Below are positions 35,501 through 47,500 of a DNA stretch of 64,000 bases, one piece after another; the stretch's first letter is position 1; every line of letters begins with the position of its first letter. Origin of the DNA: Eledone cirrhosa (Eukaryota); NCBI GenBank assembly GCA_964016885.1, contig OZ024747.1, positions 61,752,001-61,816,000 of the forward strand, read 5' to 3'. The notes below the pieces were generated by a model. That model made no database searches. It saw only the letters and a list, made by a program, of their open reading frames with translations, and had not been told where the DNA came from. Both the position numbers and the translations under genes were made by a program.

Positions 35501-38500
35501 GTTCTGGACTCAGCCTCGTTCTGGACTCAGCCTCGTTCTGGACGCAGCCTCGTTCTGGACGCAGCCTCGTTCTGGACGCAGCCTCGTTCTGGACGCAGCC
35601 TCGTTCTGGACTCAGCCTCGTTCTGGACGCAGCCTCGTTCTGGACTCAGCCTCGTTCTGGACGCAGCCTCGTTCTGGACTCAGCCTCGTTCTGGATTCAG
35701 CCTCGTTCTGGACTCAGCCTCGTTCTGGACACAGCCTCGTTCTGAACTCAGCCTCGTTCTGGACACAGCCTCGTTCTGGACTCAGCCTCGTTCTGGACTC
35801 AGCCTCGTTCTGGACTCAGCCTCGTTCTGGACTCAGCCTCGTTCTGGACAGAGCCTCGTTCTGGACACAGCCTCGTTCTGAACTCAGCCTCGTTCTGGAC
35901 ACAGCCTCGTTCTGGACTCAGCCTCGTTCTGGACGCAGCCTCGTTCTGGACTCAGCCTCGTTCTGGACGCAGCCTCGTTCTGGACTCAGCCTCGTTCTGG
36001 ACTCTGCCTCGTTCTGGACTCAGCCTCGTTCTGGACACAGCCTCGTTCTGGACACAGCCTCGTTCTGAACTCAGCCTCGTTCTGGACACAGCCTCGTTCT
36101 GGACTCAGCCTCGTTCTGGACTCAGCCTCGTTCTGGACTCAGCCTCGTTCTGGTCTCAGCCTCGTTCTGGACTCAGCCTCGTATTCGACACAGCCTCGTT
36201 CTGGACTCAGCCTCGTTCTGGACACAGCCTCGTTCTGAACTCAGCCTCGTTCTGGACACAGCCTCGTTCTGGACTCAGCCTCGTTCTGGAATCAGCCTCG
36301 TTCTGGACGCAGCCTCGTTCTGAACTCAGCCTCGTTCTCGACACAGCCTCGTTCTGGACTCAGCCTCGTTCTGGACTCAGCCTCGTTCTGGACGCAACCT
36401 CGGTCTGGACTCAGCCTCGTTCTGGACGCAGCCTCGTTCTGGACTCAGCCTCGTTCTGGACTCAGCCTCGTTCTGGACTCAGCCTCGTTCTGGACACAGC
36501 CTCGTTCTGAACTCAGCCTCGTTCTTGACACAGCCTCGTTCTGGACTCAGCCTCGTTCTGGACTCAGCCTCGTTCTGGACTCAGCCTCGTTCTGGACTCA
36601 GCCTCGTTCTGGACACAGCCTCGTTCTGGACACAGCCTCGTTCTGAACTCAGCCTCGTTCTGGACACAGCCTCGTTCTGGACTCAGCCTCGTTCTGGACG
36701 CAGCCTCGTTCTGGACTCAGCCTCGTTCTGGACGCAGCCTCGTTCTGGACTCAGCCTCGTTCTGGACTCAGCCTCGTTCTGGACACAGCCTCGTTCTGGA
36801 CTCAGCCTCGTTCTGGACGCAGCCTCGTTCTGGACTCAGCCTCGTTCTGGACGCAGCCTCGTTCTGGACTCAGCCTCGTTCTGGACTCAGCCTCGTTCTG
36901 GACTCAGCCTCGTTCTGGACACAGCCTCGTCCTGGACACAGCCTCGATCTGAACTCAGCCTCGTTCTGGACACAGCCTCGTTCTGGACTCAGCCTCGTTC
37001 TGGACTCAGCCTCGTTCTGGACTCAGCTTCGTTCTGGACGCAGCCTCGTTCTGGACTCAGCCTCGTTCTGAACTCAGCCTCGTTCTGGACGCAGCCTCGT
37101 TCTGGACGCAGCCTCGTTTGGACTCAGCCTCGTTCTGGACACAGCCTCGTTCTGGACACAGCCTCGTTCTGAACTCAGCCTCGTTCTGGACACAGCCTCG
37201 TTCTGGACTCAGCCACGTTCTGGACTCAGCCTCGTTCTGGACGCAGCCTCGTTCTGGACGCAGCCTCGTTCTGGACGCAGCCTCGTTCTGGACTCAGCCT
37301 CGTTCTGGACGCAGCCTCGTTCTGGACTCAGCCTCGTTCTGGACGCAGCCTCGTTCTGGACTCAGCCTCGTTCTGGATTCAGCCTCGTTCTGGACTCAGC
37401 CTCGTTCTGGACACAGCCTCGTTCTGAACTCAGCCTCGTTCTGGACACAGCCTCGTTCTGGACTCAGCCTCGTTCTGGACTCAGCCTCGTTCTGGACTCA
37501 GCCTCGTTCTGGACTCAGCCTCGTTCTGGACAGAGCCTCGTTCTGGACACAGCCTCGTTCTGAACTCAGCCTCGTTCTGGACACTGCCTCGTTCTGGACT
37601 CAGCCTCGTTCTGGACGCAGCCTCGTTCTGGACTCAGCCTCGTTCTGGACGCAGCCTCGTTCTGGACTCAGCCTCGTTCTGGACTCAGCCTCGTTCTGGA
37701 CTCAGCCTCGTTCTGGACACAGCCTCGTTCTGGACACAGCCTCGTTCTGAACTCAGCCTCGTTCTGGACACAGCCTCGTTCTGGACTCAGCCTCGTTCTG
37801 GACTCAGCCTCGTTCTGGACTCAGCCTCGTTCTGGTCTCAGCCTCGTTCTGGACTCAGCCTCGTTCTCGACACAGCCTCGTTCTGGACTCAGCCTCGTTC
37901 TGGACACAGCCTCGTTCTGAACTCAGCCTCGTTCTGGACACAGCCTCGTTCTGGACTCAGCCTCGTTCTGGAATCAGCCTCATTCTGGACGCAGCCTCGT
38001 TCTGAACTCAGCCTCGTTCTCGACACAGCCTCGTTCTGGACTCAGCCTCGTTCTGGACTCAGCCTCGTTCTGGACGCAACCTCGGTCTGGACTCAGCCTC
38101 GTTCTAGACGCAGCCTCGTTCTGGACTCAGCCTCGTTCTGGACTCAGCCTCGTTCTGGACTCAGCCTCGTTCTGGACACAGCCTCGTTCTGAACTCAGCC
38201 TCGTTCTTGACACAGCCTCGTTCTGGACTCAGCCTCGTTCTGGACTCAGCCTCGTTCAGGACTCAGCCTCGTTCTGGACTCAGCCTCGTTCTGGACACAG
38301 CCTCGTTCTGGACACAGCCTCGTTCTGAACACAGCCTCGTTCTGGACACAGCCTCGTTCTGGACTCAGCCTCGTTCTGGACGCAGCCTCGTTCTGGACTC
38401 AGCCTCGTTCTGGACGCAGCCTCGTTCTGGACTCAGCCTCGTTCTGGACTCAGCCTCGTTCTGGACTCAGCCTCGTTCTGGACACAGCCTCGTTCTGGAC

Positions 38501-41500
38501 ACAGCCTCGATCTGAACTCAGCCTCGTTCTGGACACTGCCTCGTTCTGGACTCAGCCTCGTTCTGGACTCAGCCTCGTTCTGGACTCAGCCTCGTTCTGG
38601 ACGCAGCCTCGTTCTGGACTCAGCCTCGTTCTGAACTCAGCCTCGTTCTGGACGCAGCCTCGTTCTGGACGCAGCCTCGTTTGGACTCAGCCTCGTTCTG
38701 GACACAGCCTCGTTCTGGACACAGCCTCGTTCTGAACTCAGCCTCGTTCTGGACACAGCCTCGTTCTGGACTCAGCCTCGTTCTGGACTCAGCCTCGTTC
38801 TGGACTCAGCCTCGTTCTGGACGCAGCCTCGTTCTGGACGCAGCCTCGTTCTGGACGCAGTCTCGTTCTGGTCTCAGCCTCGTTCTGGACTCAGCCTCGT
38901 TCTGGACGCAGCCTCGTTCTGGACGCAGCCTCGTTCTGGACTCAGCCTCGTTCTGGACGCAGCCTCGTTCTGGACTCAGCCTCGTTCTGGACGCAGCCTC
39001 GTTCTGGACTCAGCCTCGTTCTGGATTCAGCCTCGTTCTGGACTCAGCCTCGTTCTGGACACAGCCTCGTTCTGGACACAGCCTCGTTCTGGACTCAGCC
39101 TCGTTCTGGACTCAGCCTCGTTCTGGACTCAGCCTCGTTCTGGACACAGCCTCGTTCTGGACACAGCCTCGTTCTGAACTCAGCCTCGTTCTGGACACAG
39201 CCTCGTTCTGAACTCAGCCTCGTTCTGGACTCAGCCTCGTTCTGGACACAGCCTCGTTCTGGACACAGCCTCGTTCTGAACTCAGCCTCGTTCTGGAGAC
39301 AGCCTCGTTCTGGACTCAGCCTCGTTCTGGACGCAGCCTCGTTCTGGACTCAGCCTCGTTCTGGACGCAGCCTCGTTCTGGACTCAGCCAAGTTCTGGAC
39401 TCAGCCTCGTTCTGGACTCAGCCTCGTTCTGGACTCAGCCTCGTTCTGGACGCAACCTCGTTCTGGACTCAGCCTCGTTCTGGACTCAGCCTCGTTCTGG
39501 ACTCAGCCTCGTTCTGGACGCAGCCTCGTTCTGTCACAGCCTCGTTCTGGACTCAGCCTCGTTCTGGACTCAGCCTCGTTCTGGACGCAGCCTCGTTCTG
39601 GACGCAGCCTCGTTCTGGACGCAGCCTCGTTCTGGACTCAGCCTCGTTCTGGACTCAGCCTCGTTCTGGACACAGCCTCGTTCTGAACTCAGCCTCGTTC
39701 TGGTCTCAGCCTCGTTCTGGAATCAGCCTCGTTATGGACGCAGCCTCGTTCTGGAATCAGCCTCGTTCTGGACGCAGCCTCGTTCTGAACTCAGCCTCGT
39801 TCTCGACACAGCCTCGTTCTGGACTCAGCCTCGTTCTGGACTCAGCCTCGTTCTGGACGCAACCTCGGTCTGGACTCAGCCTCGTTCTGGACGCAGCCTC
39901 GTTCTGGACTCAGCCTCGTTCTGGACTCAGCCTCGTTCTGGACTCAGCCTCGTTCTGGACACAGCCTCGTTCTGAACTCAGCCTCGTTCTGGACACAGCC
40001 TCGTTCTGGACTCAGCCTCGTTCTGGACGCAGCCTCGTTCTGGACTCAGCCTCGTTCTGGACTCAGCCTCGTTCTGGACTCAGCCTCGTTCTGGACACAG
40101 CCTCGTTCTGGACACAGCCTCGATCTGAACTCAGCCTCGTTCTGGACACAGCCTCGTTCTGGACTCAGCCTCGTTCTGGACTCAGCCTCGTTCTGGACTC
40201 AGCCTCGTTCTGGACGCAGCCTCGTTCTGGACTCAGCCTCGTTCTGAACTCAGCCTCGTTCTGGACGCAGCCTCGTTCTGGACGCAGCCTCGTTCTGGAC
40301 ACAGCCTCGTTCTGAACTCAGCCTCGTTCTGGACACAGCCTCGTTCTGGACTCAGCCTCGTTCTGGACTCAGCCTCGTTCTGGACGCAGCCTCGTTCTGG
40401 ACGCAGCCTCGTTCTGGACTCAGCCTCGTTCTGGACTCAGCCTCGTTCTGGACGCAGCCTCGTTCTGGACGCAGCCTCGTTCTGGACTCAGCCTCGTTCT
40501 GGACGCAGCCTCGTTCTGGACTCAGCCTCGTTCTGGACGCAGCCTCGTTCTGGACTCAGCCTCGTTCTGGACACAGCCTCGTTCTGAACTCAGCCTCGTT
40601 CTGGACACAGCCTCGTTCTGGACTCAGCCTCGTTCTGGACTCAGCCTCGTTCTGGACTCAGCCTCGTTCTGGACTCAGCCTCGTTCTGGACACAGCCTCG
40701 TTCTGGACACAGCCTCGTTCTGAACTCAGCCTCGTTCTGGACACAGCCTCGTTCTGGACTCAGCCTCGTTCTGGACGCAGCCTCGTTCTGGACTCAGCCT
40801 CGTTCTGGACGCAGCCTCGTTCTGGACTCAGCCTCGTTCTGGACTCAGCCTCGTTCTGGACTCAGCCTCGTTCTGGACACAGCCTCGTTCTGGACACAGC
40901 CTCGTTCTGAACTCAGCCTCGGTCTGGACTCAGCCTCGTTCTGGACACAGCCTCGTTCTGGACACAGCCTCGTTCTGAACTCAGCCTCGTTCTGGAGACA
41001 GCCTCGTTCTGGACTCAGCCTCGTTCTGGACGCAGCCTCGTTCTGGACTCAGCCTCGTTCTGGACGCAGCCTCGTTCTGGACTCAGCCTTGTTCTGGACT
41101 CAGCCTCGTTCTGGACTCAGCCTCGTTCTGGACGCAACCTCGTTCTGGACTCAGCCTCGTTCTGGACTCAGCCTCGTTCTGGACTCAGCCTCGTTCTGGA
41201 CGCAGCCTCGTTCTGGACGCAGCCTCGTTCTGGACTCAGCCTCGTTCTGGACGCAGCCTCGTTCTGGACTCAGCCTCGTTCTGGACGCAGCCTCGTTCTG
41301 GACTCAGCCTCGTTCTGGACTAAGCCTCGTTCTGGACTCAGCCTCGTCCTGGACACAGCCTCGTTCTGGACACAGCCTCGTTCTGAACTCAGCCTCGTTC
41401 TGGACACAGCCTCGTTCTGGACTCAGCCTCGTTCTGGACTCAGCCTCGTTCTGGACTCAGCCTCGTTCTGGACTCAGCCTCGTTCTGGACACAGCCTCGT

Positions 41501-44500
41501 TCTGGACACAGCCTCGTTCTGAACTCAGCCTCGTTCTGGACACAGCCTCGTTCTGGACTCAGCCTCGTTCTGGACGCAGCCTCGTTCTGGACGCAGCTTC
41601 GTTCTGGACTCAGCCTCGTTCTGGACGCAGCCTCGTTCTGGACTCAGCCTCGTTCTGGACTCAGCCTCGTTCTGGACACAGCCTCGTTCTGAACTCAGCC
41701 TCGTTCTGGACACAGCCTCGTTCTGGACTCAGCCTCGTTCTGGACTCAGCCTCGTTCTGGACTCAGCCTCGTTCTGGACACAGCCTCGTTCTGAACTCAG
41801 CCTCGTTCTGGACACAGCCTCGTTCTGGACTCAGCCTCGTTCTGGACGCAGCCTCGTTCTGGACTCAGCCTCGTTCTGGACGCAGCCTCGTTCTGGACTC
41901 AGCCTCGTTCTGGACTCAGCCTCGTTCTGGACTCAGCCTCGTTCTGGACACAGCCTCGTTCTGGACACAGCCTCGTTCTGAACTCAGCCTCGTTCTGGAC
42001 ACAGCCTCGTTCTGGACTCGCCTCGTTCTGGACTCAGCCTCGTTCTGGTCTCAGCCTCGTTCTGGACTCAGCCTCGTTCTCGACACAGCCTCGTTCTGGA
42101 CGCAGCCTCGTTCTGGACTCAGCCTCGTTCTGGACGCAGCCTCGTTCTGGACTCAGCCTCGTTCTGGACTCAGCCTCGTTCTGGACTCAGCCTCGTTCTG
42201 GACGCAACCTCGTTCTGGACTCAGCCTCGTTCTGGACTCAGCCTCGTTCTGGACTCAGCCTCGTTCTGGACGCAGCCTCGTTCTGGACTCAGCCTCGTTC
42301 TGGACGCAGCCTCGTTCTGGACTCAGCCTCGTTCTGGACTCAGCCTCGTTCTGGACACAGCCTCGTTCTGGACTCAGTCTCGTTCTGGACTCAGCCTCGT
42401 TCTGGACTCAGCCTCGTTCTGGACTCAGCCTCGTTCTGGACACAGCCTCGTTCTGAACTCAGCCTCGTTCTGGACTCAGCCTCGTTCTGGTCTCAGCCTC
42501 GTTCTGGAATCAGCCTCGTTATGGACGCAGCCTCGTTCTGGAATCAGCCTCGGTCTGGACGCAGCCTCGTTCTGAACTCAGCCTCGTTCTCGACGCAGCC
42601 TCGTTCTGGACTCAGCCTCGTTCTGGACTCAGCCTCGTTCTGGACGCAACCTCGGTCTGGACTCAGCCTCGTTCTGGACGCAGCCTCGTTCTGGACTCAG
42701 CCTCGTTCTGGACTCAGCCTCGTTCTGGACGCAGCCTCGTTCTGGACTCAGCCTCGTTCTGGACGCAGCCTCGTTCTGGACGCAGCCTCGTTCTGGACTC
42801 AGCCTCGTTCTGGACTCAGCCTCGTTCTGGACTCAGCCTCGTTCTGGACTCAGCCTCGTTCTGGACGCAGCCTCGTTCTGGACGCAGCCTCGTTCTGGAC
42901 TCAGCCTCGTTCTGGACGCAGCCTCGTTCTGGACTCAGCCTCGTTCTGGACTCAGCCTCGTTCTGGACTCAGCCTCGTTCTGGACTCAGCCTCGGTTTGG
43001 ACACAACCTCGTTCTGGACTCAGCCTCGTACAGGACTCAGCCTCGTTCCGGACACAGCCTCGTTCTGGACGCAGCCTCGTTCTGAACGCAGCCTCGTTCT
43101 GGGCTCAGCCTCGTTCTGGACGCAGCCTCGTTTGGACTCAGCCTCGTTCTGGACACAGCCTCGTTCTGGACTCAGCCTCGTTCTGGACTCAGCCTCGTTC
43201 TGAACTCAGCCTCCTTCTGGACGCAGCCTCGTTCTGGACTCAGCCTCGTTCTGGACTCAGCCTCGTTCTGGACTCAGCCTCGTTCTGGACACAGCCTCGT
43301 TCTGGACTCAGCCTCGTTCTGGACTCAGCCTCGTTCTGGACGCAGCCTCGTTCTGGACGCAGCCTCGTTCTGGACGCAGCCTCGTTCTGGACGCAGCTTC
43401 GTTCTGGACTCAGCCTCGTTCTGGACGCAGCCTCGTTCTGGACTCAGCCTCGTTCTGGACTCAGCCTCGTTCTGGACTCAGCCTCGTTCTCAACTCAGCC
43501 TCGTTCTGGACTCAGCCTCGTTCTGGACGCAGCCTCGTTCTGGACGCAGCCTCGTTCTGGACTCAGCCTCGTTCTGGACGCAGCCTCGTTCGGGACTCAG
43601 CCTCGTTCTGGACGCAGCCTCGTTCGGGACTCAGCCTCGTTCTGGACTCAGCCTCGTTCTGGACTCAGCCTCGTTCTGGACTCAGCCTCGTTCTGGACGC
43701 AGCCTCGTTCTGGACTCAGCCTCGTTCTGGACTCAGCCTCGTTCTGGACTCAGCCTCGTTCTGGACTCAGCCTCGTTCTGGACACAGCCTCGTTCTGAAC
43801 TCAGCCTCGTTCTGGACACAGCCTCGTTCTGGACTCAGCCTCGTTCTGGACTCAGCCTCGTTCTGGACTCAGCCTCGTTCTGGACACAGCCTCGTTCTGA
43901 ACTCAGCCTCGTTCTGGACACAGCCTCGTTCTGGACTCAGCCTCGTTCTGGACGCAGCCTCGTTCTGGACTCAGCCTCGTTCTGGACGCAGCCTCGTTCT
44001 GGACTCAGCCTCGTTCTGGACTCAGCCTCGTTCTGGACTCAGCCTCGTTCTGGACACAGCCTCGTTCTGGACACAGCCTCGTTCTGAACTCAGCCTCGTT
44101 CTGGACACAGCCTCGTTCTGGACTCAGCCTCGTTTTGGACTCAGCCTCGTTCTGGTCTCAGCCTCGTTCTGGACTCAGCCTCGTTCTCGACACAGCCTCG
44201 TTCTGGACGCAGCCTCGTTCTGGACTCAGCCTCGTTCTGGACTCAGCCTCGTTCTGGACTCAGCCTCGTTCTGGACTCAGCCTCGTTCTGGACTCAGCCT
44301 CGTTCTGGACGCAACCTCGTTCTGGACTCAGCCTCGTTCTGGACTCAGCCTCGTTCTGGACTCAGCCTCGTTCTGGACGCAGCCTCGTTCTGGACTCAGC
44401 CTCGTTCTGGACGCAGCCTCGTTCTGGACTCAGCCTCGTTCTGGACTCAGCCTCGTTCTGGACACAGCCTCGTTCTGGACTCAGCCTCGTTCTGGACTCA

Positions 44501-47500
44501 GCCTCGTTCTGGACTCAGCCTCGTTTTGGACGCAGCCTCGTTCTGGACGCAGCCTCGTTCTGGACGCAGCCTCGTTCTGGACTCAGCCTCGTTCTGGACT
44601 CAGCCTCGTTCTGGACTCAGCCTCGTTCTGAACTCAGCCTCGTTCTGGACTCAGCCTCGTTCTGGACTCAGCCTCGTTCTGGACACAGCCTCGTTCTGAA
44701 CTCAGCCTCGTTCTGGACTCAGCCTCGTTCTGGTCTCAGCCTCGTTCTGGAATCAGCCTCGTTATGGACGCAGCCTCGTTCTGGAATCAGCCTCGTTCTG
44801 GACGCAGCCTCGTTCTGAACTCAGCCTCGTTCTCGACACAGCCTCGTTCTGGACTCAGCCTCGTTCTGGACTCAGCCTCGTTCTGGACGCAACCTCGGTC
44901 TGGACTCAGCCTCGTTCTGGACGCAGCCTCGTTCTGGACTCAGCCTCGTTCTGGACTCAGCCTCGTTCTGGACTCAGCCTCGTTCTGGACACAGCCTCGT
45001 TCTGAACTCAGCCTCGTTCTGGACACAGCCTCGTTCTGGACTCAGCCTCGTTCTGGACTCAGCCTCGTTCTGGACTCAGCCTCGTTCTGGACTCAGCCTC
45101 GTTCTGGACACAGCCTCGTTCTGGACACAGCCTCGTTCTGAACCCAGCCTCGTTCTGGACACAGCCTCGTTCTGGACTCAGCCTCGTTCTGGACGCAGCC
45201 TCGTTCTGGACTCAGCCTCGTTCTGGACGCAGCCTCGTTCTGGACTCAGCCTCGTTCTGGACTCAGCCTCGTTCTGGACACAGCCTCGTTCTGAACTCAG
45301 CCTCGTTCTGGACACAGCCTCGTTCTGGACTCAGCCTCGTTCTGGACTCAGCCTCGTTCTGGACTCAGCCTCGTTCTGGACGCAGCCTCGTTCTGGACTC
45401 AGCCTCGTTCTGAACTCAGCCTCGTTCTGGACGCAGCCTCGTTCTGGACGCAGCATCGTTTGGACTCAGCCTCGTTCTGGACACAGCCTCGTTCTGGACA
45501 CAGCCTCGTTCTGAACTCAGCCTCGTTCTGGACACAGCCTCGTTCTGGACTCAGCCTCGTTCTGGACTCAGCCTCGTTCTGGACGCAGCCTCGTTCTGGA
45601 CGCAGCCTCGTTCTGGACGCAGCCTCGTTCTGGACGCAGCCTCGTTCTGGACTCAGCCTCGTTCTGGACGCAGCCTCGTTCTGGACTCAGCCTCGTTCTG
45701 GACGCAGCCTCGTTCTGGACTCAGCCTCGTTCTGGATTCAGCCTCGTTCTGGACTCAGCCTCGTTCTGGACACAGCCTCGTTCTGAACTCAGCCTCGTTC
45801 TGGACACAGCCTCGTTCTGGACTCAGCCTCGTTCTGGACTCAGCCTCGTTCTGGACTCAGCCTCGTTCTGGACTCAGCCTCGTTCTGGACAGAGCCTCGT
45901 TCTGGACACAGCCTCGTTCTGAACTCAGCCTCGTTCTGGACACAGCCTCGTTCTGGACTCAGCCTCGTTCTGGACGCAGCCTCGTTCTGGACTCAGCCTC
46001 GTTCTGGACGCAGCCTCGTTCTGGACTCAGCCTCGTTCTGGACTCTGCCTCGTTCTGGACTCAGCCTCGTTCTGGACACAGCCTCGTTCTGGACACAGCC
46101 TCGTTCTGAACTCAGCCTCGTTCTGGACACAGCCTCGTTCTGGACTCAGCCTCGTTCTGGACTCAGCCTCGTTCTGGACTCAGCCTCGTTCTGGTCTCAG
46201 CCTCGTTCTGGACTCAGCCTCGTATTCGACACAGCCTCGTTCTGGACTCAGCCTCGTTCTGGACACAGCCTCGTTCTGAACTCAGCCTCGTTCTGGACAC
46301 AGCCTCGTTCTGGACTCAGCCTCGTTCTGGAATCAGCCTCGTTCTGGACGCAGCCTCGTTCTGAACTCAGCCTCGTTCTCGACACAGCCTCGTTCTGGAC
46401 TCAGCCTCGTTCTGGACTCAGCCTCGTTCTGGACGCAACCTCGGTCTGGACTCAGCCTCGTTCTGGACGCAGCCTCGTTCTGGACTCAGCCTCGTTCTGG
46501 ACTCAGCCTCGTTCTGGACTCAGCCTCGTTCTGGACACAGCCTCGTTCTGAACTCAGCCTCGTTCTTGACACAGCCTCGTTCTGGACTCAGCCTCGTTCT
46601 GGACTCAGCCTCGTTCTGGACTCAGCCTCGTTCTGGACTCAGCCTCGTTCTGGACACAGCCTCGTTCTGGACACAGCCTCGTTCTGAACTCAGCCTCGTT
46701 CTGGACACAGCCTCGTTCTGGACTCAGCCTCGTTCTGGACGCAGCCTCGTTCTGGACTCAGCCTCGTTCTGGACGCAGCCTCGTTCTGGACTCAGCCTCG
46801 TTCTGGACTCAGCCTCGTTCTGGACACAGCCTCGTTCTGGACTCAGCCTCGTTCTGGACGCAGCCTCGTTCTGGACTCAGCCTCGTTCTGGACGCAGCCT
46901 CGTTCTGGACTCAGCCTCGTTCTGGACTCAGCCTCGTTCTGGACTCAGCCTCGTTCTGGACACAGCCTCGTTCTGGACACAGCCTCGATCTGAACTCAGC
47001 CTCGTTCTGGACACAGCCTCGTTCTGGACTCAGCCTCGTTCTGGACTCAGCCTCGTTCTGGACTCAGCTTCGTTCTGGACGCAGCCTCGTTCTGGACTCA
47101 GCCTCGTTCTGAACTCAGCCTCGTTCTGGACGCAGCCTCGTTCTGGACGCAGCCTCGTTTGGACTCAGCCTCGTTCTGGACACAGCCTCGTTCTGGACAC
47201 AGCCTCGTTCTGAACTCAGCCTCGTTCTGGACACAGCCTCGTTCTGGACTCAGCCACGTTCTGGACTCAGCCTCGTTCTGGACGCAGCCTCGTTCTGGAC
47301 GCAGCCTCGTTCTGGACGCAGCCTCGTTCTGGACTCAGCCTCGTTCTGGACGCAGCCTCGTTCTGGACTCAGCCTCGTTCTGGACGCAGCCTCGTTCTGG
47401 ACTCAGCCTCGTTCTGGATTCAGCCTCGTTCTGGACTCAGCCTCGTTCTGGACACAGCCTCGTTCTGAACTCAGCCTCGTTCTGGACACAGCCTCGTTCT

